Part shown: positions 10,835 through 19,936 of the stretch, piece by piece
Position numbering within the stretch: the stretch's first letter is position 1
Layout: each line of letters begins with the position of its first letter
Source: Methanobacteriaceae archaeon
GTDB taxonomy: Archaea; Methanobacteriota; Methanobacteria; Methanobacteriales; Methanobacteriaceae
NCBI GenBank assembly: GCA_003558085.1
Contig: PWMT01000037.1
Span: forward strand, 1-20,367
Length of the DNA: 20,367 nt
Direction: 5' to 3'
Made by a program: the position numbers and the translations under genes
The notes under the pieces: generated by a model
Seen by the model: only the letters and a program-made list of their open reading frames with translations
The model's database searches: none
Told to the model about the DNA's origin: nothing

Positions 10835-12808
10835 GGCGGTTTTTTCCATAGCGGCTACAATTTGAGCCATGATTTGATCTGTTTTGAAGTGAGCTTGATC
10901 CATAGCTCCAGATGGGCAGGCAGCAACGCAAGTTCCACATCCTTTACAAAGCGCAACATTCACTTCAGCTTGTTCATCTTCAATCTCTAATGCACCATAA
11001 GGACACAATTCAATACAGACTTCGAATCCACCACATACTTCAAGATCGGTGACAGCCACAATAGGTTCAATGGAAACTTCTCCTTTAACCATAGGAATAG
11101 CTGCTCGAGCTGCAGCACCAGATGCTTGTGCAACAGAATCAGGAATATCCTTAGGACCTTGAGAAACACCTGCTAAGAATACACCCTCTGTTAAAGTATC
11201 AACTGGCCTTAACTTAGGGTGTGCTTCCATTAAGAATCCGTCTGCAGATTTAGATAAACCAATAGTTTGTCTTAACTCTTCTGATCCTTCTGGAGCCTCT
11301 AAACCTACAGCTAAAACTACCATATCATACTCATATTCTGTGGTTGTACCCAATAATGTGTCTTCACCCCTTACTGTAAGGGTAAGGTCTGGGTTTTCCA
11401 TAATTTCTGCTGGTCTTCCACGAATAAATTTAATACCGTATTTTTCTTGAGATCGTTTATAGAACTCTTCAAATCCTTTACCAAAGGCCCTAATATCCAT
11501 GTAGTAGAGAGCTATATCTGTTTCTGGCGCTTTATCCTTGATCAGTTGAGCATTCTTCAAAGCATACATACAACATACCCGGGAACAGTAAGGTTTACCT
11601 ATCTGTTCATCCCTGGAACCCACACAATGAATGAATGCTACTCTTTTTGGTTTCTCACCATCAGATGGTTTTAGGACTTTACCTTCAGTCGGACCTGATG
11701 CATTAATTTGTCTTTCCAATTCTAAACCAGCGATTACATTAGTATAGTTTCCGTAACCATATTCCAATTTTTCTGATGCTTCATAAGGATCAAAACCAGT
11801 AGCCACAATTATAGTACCTAATTCCAATTCAATTTCTTCTGGTTCCTGGTCATGTTGAACTGCTCCTCTTTCACAAATCTCATCACAAAGTTTACATTCG
11901 ATACAATAATCCTTATCGATGGTTGCAACAAGTGGTACAGCTTGAGGGAAAGGAATGTAAGCAGCCTTAACCATACCCATAGCTTCATCAAAGTAGTTGG
12001 GCATTTCAATTGGACATACATCCACACATGATCCGCAACCAACACATAGTTCTTCGTCTATGTATCGTGGTTTTTTCTCTACAGTAACTTTAAAGTTACC
12101 AATATAACCATCTACTTTTTTAACTTCTGCATAGCTAATAAGCTCTATATTATCGTGTTTTCCTACATCCACCATCTTAGGAGCTAAAATACACATGGAA
12201 CAGTCCAGAGTAGGGAAAGTTTTATCCAACTGGGCCATTCGTCCGCCGATAGTAGGTTGTTTTTCTATCATGTAGGTTTTGAATCCCATATCTGCTAAAT
12301 CCAATGCAGCCTGGATACCAGCTACACCTCCACCAATAACCATTGCTTTATCTATCACACTCACTGTGGAAGCTTCAAGTGGCTCCAATAATCTGGCTTT
12401 AGCTACAGCCATTCTAATTAAATCTTTAGCTTTTTCTGTAGCAGCTTCAGGTTCATCCATATGTACCCATGAATCATGTTCCCTGATATTGGCAAACTCA
12501 AATAGATAAGGGTTAAGTCCTACTTCTTCAACACATCTTCTAAAAGTAGGCTCGTGAAGTCGAGGAGAACAAGCAGCGACCACTACACGGTTTACACCTT
12601 TCTCTTTTATATCTTTTTGAATTTCCATTTGTCCTGGGTCAGAACAATAGTATTTGTATTCATTAGCAAGAACCACGTTTGGTAAAGTTTTTGAATATTC
12701 TTCAACTTCTTCTATGTCTACTACGCCACCTATGTTAATACCACAGTGACATATGTAAACACCAATTTTTGGTTCTTCCATGTTTTCTTCTTTCTTTTCT
12801 TCTGCCAT
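10829..12808 (-). CDS. hdrA: CoB--CoM heterodisulfide reductase subunit A (flavin-based electron-bifurcating subunit)
   Basis: 659 aa with N-terminal [23 protein letters not shown]-binding [20 protein letters not shown], inserted ferredoxin motifs [12 protein letters not shown] and [18 protein letters not shown]...CSRVCCMY, and C-terminal [21 protein letters not shown]. Confidence 0.98.
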   Translation of the reverse strand: MAEEKKEENMEEPKIGVYICHCGINIGGVVDIEEVEEYSKTLPNVVLANEYKYYCSDPGQMEIQKDIKEKGVNRVVVAACSPRLHEPTFRRCVEEVGLNPYLFEFANIREHDSWVHMDEPEAATEKAKDLIRMAVAKARLLEPLEASTVSVIDKAMVIGGGVAGIQAALDLADMGFKTYMIEKQPTIGGRMAQLDKTFPTLDCSMCILAPKMVDVGKHDNIELISYAEVKKVDGYIGNFKVTVEKKPRYIDEELCVGCGSCVDVCPIEMPNYFDEAMGMVKAAYIPFPQAVPLVATIDKDYCIECKLCDEICERGAVQHDQEPEEIELELGTIIVATGFDPYEASEKLEYGYGNYTNVIAGLELERQINASGPTEGKVLKPSDGEKPKRVAFIHCVGSRDEQIGKPYCSRVCCMYALKNAQLIKDKAPETDIALYYMDIRAFGKGFEEFYKRSQEKYGIKFIRGRPAEIMENPDLTLTVRGEDTLLGTTTEYEYDMVVLAVGLEAPEGSEELRQTIGLSKSADGFLMEAHPKLRPVDTLTEGVFLAGVSQGPKDIPDSVAQASGAAARAAIPMVKGEVSIEPIVAVTDLEVCGGFEVCIELCPYGALEIEDEQAEVNVALCKGCGTCVAACPSGAMDQAHFKTDQIMAQIVAAMEKTAK

Positions 12809-12866
12809 TAGATCACCTTGTACAAGTCAAAAAAATCTAATATGAAATATATTTTAGGTGATCTAA
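12808..12866 (-). promoter_or_regulatory. Perfect 11-bp inverted repeat whose downstream arm is the hdrA RBS plus the first base of the ATG
   Basis: Plus-strand TTAGATCACCT (12808-12818) and AGGTGATCTAA (12856-12866) are exact reverse complements with a 37-nt spacer. The repeat is directly visible; its function is inferred. Confidence 0.55.
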
Positions 12867-12881
12867 GGTGTATCACACACA

Positions 12882-12895
12882 CATATAAAGATTTC
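12882..12895 (-). promoter_or_regulatory. Predicted proximal hdrA promoter (BRE/TATA)
   Basis: The minus strand reads AGAAATC-TTTATATG about 75-85 bp upstream of the ATG. Confidence 0.5.
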
Positions 12896-13079
12896 TATCA
12901 AAATTATAGAGTAAAGTTTATATAATATTAAATATTTTTTTGATAAAACCTAATTCTAAGCTTTTAATAATCATATTAAATAATTTGACCCAATATTATA
13001 TGTTTTCAGACTCTTATAAATAGATATATGTAAAAAACCTGATAAAAACCTGGTTAAAAATTAGCTGTATACACATATA

Positions 13080-13988
13080 CTATAGCAAAGCAATTACTAT
13101 AGGTAAAGTTATTAAACTCATTATCGTGCTGAAAAAGACACATGAAGCTGTAAGTTTAAATTCTAGATTATAGTTTAAGGCTAAAACTAAAGATAACATA
13201 GCCGAAGGCATTGCCGCTTCTAAAATAGTTATGTCACGTTCTAATCCAGTTAGACCAATAATCAAAACAATAAAAAAGGCAATTAACGGAGATAAAATTA
13301 ATCTAACAAAACTAACCATGGCTGCAGATCTAAAATATTCTTTAATCCCTCTGAATTCTAAAGATAGCCCTAAAGATATCATGATTAAAGGTATGGCAGC
13401 GCCAGATAAATAATTTAATATATTTTCACCTAATAAACCTATGGGAAAGGAAATAAAATTGGCTGTGATTCCTAAAATAATACCCCATAAAGGAGGGAAA
13501 CTCAAGGTTCTTTTAATTATATCCTGATATTTTCCACCAAATATAAAGAGCAATACGATCCCAAAACTAATAAAAACCAATATAGAACCCATATCATAAA
13601 ATATGGCTCTGACTAAGCCTTGGCTTCCGAAGACACCGAGGGATATAGGATAGCCTAAAAACCCAGAATTAAGCATAGCACTGGGTATAATGATACTCCA
13701 TCTAGTTTTTTTAGGTAATTTTCTTAATTTGGTCCAAGTATAAGCAATGATACTAGTAGTTAAAGCAACTAAAATACAAACTAATGGAATAGGAGTAAGT
13801 GAAGGTAGAATCGCTAAGTCTACATCGTACATGGCCAAAAAAATCATAGAAGGGATAGCCACATTAACCACTATTTTGTTTAACGATTGAGCATCTTCCG
13901 CCTTCAAAATCCCCCATCTTCGCAGCAGATAACCTAATATTACCATCAGAATAATAGAGATTATGGTTTGCAATGCATTCAAGTTCAT
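13080..13988 (-). CDS. AEC (auxin efflux carrier / malate permease-like) family transporter
   Basis: 302 aa with about 10 hydrophobic segments and the family motifs LNKIVVNVAIPSMIF, NSGFLGYPI, PPLWGIILG, AAIPLIMISLG and ILEAAMPSA. Confidence 0.9.
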   Translation of the reverse strand: MNLNALQTIISIILMVILGYLLRRWGILKAEDAQSLNKIVVNVAIPSMIFLAMYDVDLAILPSLTPIPLVCILVALTTSIIAYTWTKLRKLPKKTRWSIIIPSAMLNSGFLGYPISLGVFGSQGLVRAIFYDMGSILVFISFGIVLLFIFGGKYQDIIKRTLSFPPLWGIILGITANFISFPIGLLGENILNYLSGAAIPLIMISLGLSLEFRGIKEYFRSAAMVSFVRLILSPLIAFFIVLIIGLTGLERDITILEAAMPSAMLSLVLALNYNLEFKLTASCVFFSTIMSLITLPIVIALL

Positions 13989-14233
13989 TATTTTTCTCCC
14001 TGTATAAAACTAATAGAATATTCCACCCTATATGGAAATAATTATCCACCAACTTAGCAGCTTACTTTTATAATCAGTCTAAACAGAAGGAAAAATTTTA
14101 AGTCAATAAATAAAGAATTAAACATCATTAAGCCATGTAAAATAATCCATTAGACTTAAAACTTAAATTAAGTAGAACAGAACCAGATTTTTTTTTAAAC
14201 TCGGCTTAAAGATTATTTTAAATAAATTCCTCT

Positions 14234-15169
14234 TTAATCTACAATACCATCAGTGGTTATTTTAAATACACTTTCACCCTCAGGCAAGTGTGGGCTATCC
14301 ACTAATCTAGCAATTCTTTTTCCAGCCAAGCCCTTCTTTAGCCATATACGATAAGTAGCGGCATGCCCTAAAACATGCCCTCCAATTGCTTTAGTAGGAC
14401 TTCCAAAAAAAGCATCAGGACGAGCTTGTACTTGATTAGTAACAAAAACCGCATTATTATATGTATTAGCAATATTCTGTAAGGTATGGAGATGTTGATT
14501 TAATTTTTGTTGTCTAGTGGCCAGTGATTCCCTACCCACATATTCTGCTCTGAAATGAGCAGTTAGAGAATCCACTATAACTAAACGAATATTATTTCCG
14601 CTTTGAATTAATTCATTAACTTTTTCTGCCATCAAGATTTGATGATGGGAGTTAAAAGCTCGGGCAATATGAATATTTTTTAATACTTCTTCGAGATCTA
14701 ATTCAAAGGCATTTGCTATTTGTTCAATTCTTTCCGGCCTAAAAGTATTTTCAGTATCAATATAAACACATTCAGCCTCTAAACCACCCTTATCAACAGG
14801 GAGCTGAATTGTAACTGCGAGTTCGTGTGCAATTTGACTTTTACCAGATCCATATTCGCCAAATACTTCGGTGATGGATTGGGTTTCAATACCACCGCCA
14901 ATAAGTTCATTAAAAGATTCGCTGCCCACGGTGATTCGGCCCACATCTTTACGCCTTTCCATTACATCTAAAGCTGTTTCAAAATCAATTTGTTCTGCTT
15001 TACGAGCAGCTTCAATAACTTTATCAGCTACTCCCTCGCCAATTTCAGCTTTAATAGCCAATTCTTTACCTGTAGCTGTAGCTAATCTCATCATATCTCC
15101 GAATCCAGCTTCTCGGAGTTTTTGGGCAGTTTTTTCGCCTACATTAGGCAATTCTTCCAGTTCCACCAT
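14234..15169 (-). CDS. radA: DNA repair and recombination protein RadA
   Basis: 311 aa with an N-terminal HhH ([12 protein letters not shown]), Walker [21 protein letters not shown], Walker B LVIVDS and [12 protein letters not shown]. No intein is present. Confidence 0.98.
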   Translation of the reverse strand: MVELEELPNVGEKTAQKLREAGFGDMMRLATATGKELAIKAEIGEGVADKVIEAARKAEQIDFETALDVMERRKDVGRITVGSESFNELIGGGIETQSITEVFGEYGSGKSQIAHELAVTIQLPVDKGGLEAECVYIDTENTFRPERIEQIANAFELDLEEVLKNIHIARAFNSHHQILMAEKVNELIQSGNNIRLVIVDSLTAHFRAEYVGRESLATRQQKLNQHLHTLQNIANTYNNAVFVTNQVQARPDAFFGSPTKAIGGHVLGHAATYRIWLKKGLAGKRIARLVDSPHLPEGESVFKITTDGIVD

Positions 15170-15234
15170 TTTAATCTCTCATAATTATTTGATTTTAATT
15201 ATTTTTTAAATTTTAGTTCCAAAAAATTCTAATG

Positions 15235-17613
15235 TCATAATTCTATTTTAACAATTTTTTTAGGATTTAATCGAACTTCTTCATTGAATTCGTCAAAGTT
15301 AGCGTCTCCAATTAAGGTTAATGCTATACCATTTAAATCTTCAATTTTTTCTTCTAAAGCACCTTCATCGGCACTTTTGGCAATTACATCTACCACTTCT
15401 TGAGTGCTCATCTTCAGAAGTTTTTCAGCTTGTTTTCCAAAGAAGGTAACTCTTATTTCTCCACTATCGTCAGATAGTCTAGCAGGAATCATAAGCAGAT
15501 AACGAGGATTATCAGTTTCTTCACCACAAAAATCACATACATATTCTTCATCAAGAGCTTCCAGTCGATTATTACAAGTGGGGCAGCGATAAGATAAAAT
15601 CTTTCCGCCAAAAGCATCAGTTAATTCTCCTGAAATCTTAACATTACGATCATCTTCATCTAATTCTTCTATTAATTTAGGCTGATAAATCATTTCCTCT
15701 AATTCTTTGAATGTAGGTAGAGAAGCTATTTCTTTATCTTTAGCAGGATTTATCTGAGTATTTCTACCAAAAGATAGTTCTAAATTATCATTACGAAATA
15801 TTACACGAGGATTTTTGATATTTATGGCATCTCCTATATTAAGAGGAATTTCTGATTTATCATCCCATAGTGAAGCTTTTATTACACCGGTATCATCTGC
15901 AATTTCAATTGAACGCACCATTCCAGGACTACCGTCTTGTCTCTGGAACTCTCTAGGATCGTAAAGATCAATTACCCGAGCAATGATATTTAAATTGCGA
16001 TCATCTTCTTCTAAAACATCTATCTTTTTTTTAGTGTAGATAATATCTTCCAATTTTTCTAAGGAAGGTAAATCCTTCAAATCATCTTCTTCTGGTTCTA
16101 TGATCCTAGAAGTTTTTCCAACACTAAGATCAATACTATAAAGGCCAAATTTTATTCTAGCATTTTCTATACGAATAGTATCTCCAATTTCAAGGCTAGA
16201 ATGAGCTTTTTCATCCCAAAAAGATATTCTGACCATGCCTGTTTCATCAGCTAGATCAGCAGAGCGTACTAAACCTGTGGTGCCGTCTTCTCTTTGAAAT
16301 TCCCTTGCTTCATTGATATTAACAATTCTTCCCACCACATCAATTTCTTCTCCTTCAACTTCTATGTTAGAAATATTTCCTATTTTTACAGGTTCTAAAT
16401 GCTTTTTATATTCTTTGAGTAGTTCTAAGAATTTTTCATCGGTTTCAGGATTAATCACTATTCTGCTATTCCAGTTGGTATTTATACGGTATCCTTCTGC
16501 GGCATATTGATCAAATTCTATGTTTCCACCTGCAATTTTTATTATATCTCCTTTATTTATCTTCAAAGAAGTATCATCGCCCCACAATGTGGCCCTAATT
16601 TTTCCAGTATCGTCTAATATTTCAATAGATTTTACCGCTCCAGTAGAACCATCAGATCTTTCAAAGGTGATAGGATCCTGAATTTTAGTTACCAAACCGA
16701 CAACCGTCACATCCTTTTTCTCGTGTGCATCCCCTATTTTAAGTATTTCCTCTTTTATTTCAGGTACTTCAAAGTCCCCTTTTATAATTCTCCCCATCCA
16801 AGAATGATTAAGAGAAATTTCACCGTTTCTACTTCGACTTTGAGCCCCTAATATCTTAACTGCATCGCCTTCTTCCAGATTCATATCTTTTATTAAATCA
16901 GTATCCCGATTCCAGAGAGTATAATTAATACGGCCAGTTTCATCCTGTAGTTCCAGAGAAGCTACCTTACCTTCATTCCCATTTCGGTCAAATTTTCTGA
17001 TTCTAGAAATGCGAACTATTCTGGCTATGATATTCACTTCTTGATCTTCTTTAATAGAATTAATAGGAGTTATATCTTCATCATAAGGTGGAAAGTTAGG
17101 ATATTCATTAGGATCAAGTACTTCTACTGTGGATCTTGGCTGTAAATGAATTTCCTTCCTTCCTCGAAAACCTTCTTTTGCTTGAGCCCCGTGAATCTGT
17201 ATAATGTCTCCTTCCTTAAATTTTTTTAATAGTTTAATATTTTCTGTCCAAAATACTACTCTAACTTCTTCAGTTTCATCTGCCAGTAAGATATTTGCTA
17301 CTTTGCCCTCTTTTCCTTTACGAGTAGTAAAATTTTTAGGATTAGAAATTCGCATAACCCGACCTTTAACTGACAGTTTATCTGCCCCTTCTTCTATTTT
17401 AGATATTTTATCCATGCTGTTTTCTTTTTTATCGGCAATGGGAGTATTTTTTTCCGTTATAAAGTGCCCTACGATCATTCTTGCCAGGTCAATATCGTTC
17501 ATGAAACTTACATCTTCATATTCCTTTTTCATTTCTTCCATACGTTTAAGGAATTCCTCTTCTGAAATTTTATCCTGGATTTTAAGGTATTCCTGCTTAA
17601 TTTCCTTATTCAT
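15235..17613 (-). CDS. rpa: Replication protein A (ssDNA-binding protein; multiple OB folds plus zinc finger)
   Basis: 792 aa with five repeats of the type G-x-V...(L/I)xD(E/D)TGxIxxxxW. A C-terminal OB fold carries CPTC-x11-CDFC. It is co-oriented directly upstream of radA. Confidence 0.93.
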   Translation of the reverse strand: MNKEIKQEYLKIQDKISEEEFLKRMEEMKKEYEDVSFMNDIDLARMIVGHFITEKNTPIADKKENSMDKISKIEEGADKLSVKGRVMRISNPKNFTTRKGKEGKVANILLADETEEVRVVFWTENIKLLKKFKEGDIIQIHGAQAKEGFRGRKEIHLQPRSTVEVLDPNEYPNFPPYDEDITPINSIKEDQEVNIIARIVRISRIRKFDRNGNEGKVASLELQDETGRINYTLWNRDTDLIKDMNLEEGDAVKILGAQSRSRNGEISLNHSWMGRIIKGDFEVPEIKEEILKIGDAHEKKDVTVVGLVTKIQDPITFERSDGSTGAVKSIEILDDTGKIRATLWGDDTSLKINKGDIIKIAGGNIEFDQYAAEGYRINTNWNSRIVINPETDEKFLELLKEYKKHLEPVKIGNISNIEVEGEEIDVVGRIVNINEAREFQREDGTTGLVRSADLADETGMVRISFWDEKAHSSLEIGDTIRIENARIKFGLYSIDLSVGKTSRIIEPEEDDLKDLPSLEKLEDIIYTKKKIDVLEEDDRNLNIIARVIDLYDPREFQRQDGSPGMVRSIEIADDTGVIKASLWDDKSEIPLNIGDAINIKNPRVIFRNDNLELSFGRNTQINPAKDKEIASLPTFKELEEMIYQPKLIEELDEDDRNVKISGELTDAFGGKILSYRCPTCNNRLEALDEEYVCDFCGEETDNPRYLLMIPARLSDDSGEIRVTFFGKQAEKLLKMSTQEVVDVIAKSADEGALEEKIEDLNGIALTLIGDANFDEFNEEVRLNPKKIVKIEL

Positions 17614-17691
17614 TTTATTCCCTCACATTAATGATATGACTACCCTATATTATTTATACACTTGGTGAGCTTTTGAAAAGTATTTATAATG

Positions 17692-17749
17692 ATACTTATA
17701 CTTAGATAAGTATTACGATTATATAAATATTATTATTTAATTAAGTATC
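17692..17749 (-). promoter_or_regulatory. Predicted rpa-radA promoter flanked by ATACTTA/TAAGTAT repeats
   Basis: The minus strand has TTTATATA at 17727-17720. A perfect inverted repeat ATACTTAT-N6-ATAAGTAT lies at 17692-17713, with a further TAAGTATC at 17742-17749. Confidence 0.45.
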
Positions 17750-18089
17750 GGTATGCTCAATTTGGGATGAAGACGTTTTTGCATAATAAAAAAAAATCTG
17801 TAATTTCTCTAATAGATTAATATATATTAGACTGGGATATAGTTATAAATAAATTTAGAGTTTTTTAAATTCAATATTTTTTAATATTAAAAAAGCCTAT
17901 TTTGACCTTGATATACTTATTTAAGTGATAAGACTGTTTTAAATTTTAAAATCATATAATGAATTAAAAAAATAATTGAAAAATTTTTATCAATTGAGGG
18001 ATTATCTTATATTCAAATTTAGATTTGAGGATTTAATCTATTAATCCAATATCATTTAAATATATTAAATATAATTAGGAGGATTATGC

Positions 18090-19340
18090 ATGAGTATGAC
18101 TATGGCAGAAAAAATACTGGCCAAAGCTGCCGGTAAAGAAAAAGTTAATGCCGGTGAAATAATAATGGCTAACATTGACGTGGCCATGACCCATGATTTA
18201 ACTGGACCTCTCTCTGTAGAATCTTTTGAAAAAATAGGAACTCCTAAAGTTTGGGATCCTGAAAAAATTGTGGTTATTTTTGATCATCAAGTCCCAGCAG
18301 ATTCTATTGATGCCGCCAAAAACCATCTTATTATGAGAGAATTTGTTAAAAAGCAGGAAATTAATAATTTTTATGATGTAAATGAAGGTGTTTGTCACCA
18401 AATATTGCCTGAAAAAGGACATATTGTACCAGGAGAAGTAGTAGTAGGAACAGACTCACATACCTGCACTCATGGTGCTTTAGGAGCTTTTGCAACAGGA
18501 ATTGGATCTACAGATATGGCCATGGTGTTTTCAACTGGTCAGCTCTGGTTTAAAGTACCTGAGACGATTCGTTTTGAAATAGAAGGATCCCTCAAATCAA
18601 ATGTATATGCTAAAGATGTGGTTTTGAACATAATTGGAAAAATAGGGGCTGATGGGGCTACCTATAAAGCTTGTGAATTTGCAGGGGAAACTGTAAGCAA
18701 GATGTCCGTATCTGAACGGATGGTAATGTGCAATATGGCTATTGAAATGGGAGGGAAAACTGGATTAGTTGAACCAGACCAGAAAACATTACAATATATA
18801 AAAAATCATTCTTATAAACCATATACAGTTAAAAAAAGTGATTTAGATGCAATTTCTATGGAAAAAATGCCCTTAGATGTAAGTGAACTAGAACCTCAAA
18901 TTGCCTGTCCACATAATGTGGATAATGTACAAGGAATTAGTGAAGTGCAGGGTATAGAACTTGATCAAGTATTTTTAGGTTCCTGTACCAATGGAAGAAT
19001 AAATGATTTACGTACTGCTGCTAAAATTTTAAAAGGAAATAACGTAAACAAGAATGTCAGGATGTTGGTAATACCTGCTTCTAGAGAAATATATCGAAAA
19101 GCACTAGATGAGGGGTTAATGAATATTTTCGTTGATGCCGGTGCCTTGATATGTAATCCTTGTTGTGGTCCTTGTTTAGGAGGTCATATTGGTTTGTTGG
19201 GGCCAGGTGAAGTTAGTTTATCTACCTCTAATAGAAATTTTAAAGGTCGTCAAGGTAGTGCAGATGCAGAAGTTTACCTGTCCTCTGCCGCAGTAGCTGC
19301 TGCTTCAGCTATTACTGGTAAAATTACCGCACCAAGCTAA
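18090..19340 (+). CDS. leuC: 3-isopropylmalate/citramalate dehydratase (isomerase) large subunit
   Basis: 416 aa aconitase-family protein with [32 protein letters not shown] and [21 protein letters not shown] at 18077-18082. LeuC is preferred over homoaconitase HacA because of the partner's YLVM loop and the leuB-like neighbour. Confidence 0.85.
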   Translation: MSMTMAEKILAKAAGKEKVNAGEIIMANIDVAMTHDLTGPLSVESFEKIGTPKVWDPEKIVVIFDHQVPADSIDAAKNHLIMREFVKKQEINNFYDVNEGVCHQILPEKGHIVPGEVVVGTDSHTCTHGALGAFATGIGSTDMAMVFSTGQLWFKVPETIRFEIEGSLKSNVYAKDVVLNIIGKIGADGATYKACEFAGETVSKMSVSERMVMCNMAIEMGGKTGLVEPDQKTLQYIKNHSYKPYTVKKSDLDAISMEKMPLDVSELEPQIACPHNVDNVQGISEVQGIELDQVFLGSCTNGRINDLRTAAKILKGNNVNKNVRMLVIPASREIYRKALDEGLMNIFVDAGALICNPCCGPCLGGHIGLLGPGEVSLSTSNRNFKGRQGSADAEVYLSSAAVAAASAITGKITAPS

Positions 19341-19398
19341 TATGTAGTCTGAGTCTGCCTTAAATATTGATTAATTTAAAAATAAATAGGTGTATAAA

Positions 19399-19884
19399 AT
19401 GAAAGGCCAAGTATGGAAGTTTGGAGATGATATTGATACTGATATTATAATTCCTGGACGTTATTTAGTTATGAGAGATCCTAAAGATCTGGCTGAGCAT
19501 TTAATGGAAGGTTTAGATCCTAAATTTAATGAAAAAGTTAATGATGGAGATTTTATAGTTGGGGGAAAAAACTTTGGTTGCGGTTCTTCCCGGGAACATG
19601 CTCCTCTGGCTTTAATTGGTGCTGGAATATCTGCAGTTATTGCAGAGTCATTTGCCCGGATTTTTTACCGTAATTCTATTAATGTTGGTCTGCCTCTCTT
19701 AGAAGCTCCAAATATATCAGAATTTCTAGAAACTGGAGATGAAATAGAAGTAGATATGGCTAAAAGTGTGATACGTAAAATAAGTTCTGGTGAAGAACAA
19801 CCTTTCCAAAAATTGCCGGATTTCATGTTAGAAATATTGAATAAAGGTGGATTAATCCCTTATGTACAGGGAAAAATGGAATAA
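19399..19884 (+). CDS. leuD: 3-isopropylmalate dehydratase small subunit
   Basis: Contains DDIDTDIIIPGRYLVM, NFGCGSSREHA and SFARIFYRNSINVGL. I moved the start to the ATG at 19399 because AGGTG (19388-19392) is well placed as its RBS and overlaps the ORF track's GTG start at 19390. Confidence 0.88.
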   Translation: MKGQVWKFGDDIDTDIIIPGRYLVMRDPKDLAEHLMEGLDPKFNEKVNDGDFIVGGKNFGCGSSREHAPLALIGAGISAVIAESFARIFYRNSINVGLPLLEAPNISEFLETGDEIEVDMAKSVIRKISSGEEQPFQKLPDFMLEILNKGGLIPYVQGKME

Positions 19885-19936
19885 TGTAGAAAAAAGATTA
19901 GTTCTTAGAATAATTAATAATAATGTGGTGTAATTT

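Noticed and set aside
10829-12808. Selenocysteine recoding in hdrA, as in Methanococcales
   Set aside because: There is no in-frame TGA, and the DCSMC position is encoded as Cys. The 3' hairpin fits a terminator better than a SECIS.
12868-12888. Plus-strand mini-ORF (GTG, MYHTHI*) behind the mirrored AGGTGA
   Set aside because: It is only six codons, and the apparent RBS is simply the other arm of the inverted repeat.
14021-14037. TTCCA-N7-TGGAA upstream of the AEC transporter as an NrpR operator
   Set aside because: NrpR sites are GGAA-N6-TTCC. Both orientation and spacing are wrong, and a 5-bp arm is weak evidence for anything else.
14234-15169. Intein in radA
   Set aside because: 311 aa is a normal RadA length, with no insertion after Walker A.
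15235-17613. Internal repeats in the 792-aa protein as a novel repeat system
   Set aside because: They are explained by the tandem OB folds of Methanobacteriales RPA, and the frame is intact.
17753-17820. Possible leu attenuator peptides MLNLG* (17753) and MKTFLHNKKKSVISLID* (17767)
   Set aside because: They have no Leu run, convincing RBS or terminator/antiterminator pair, and they lie about 270 bp or more from leuC.
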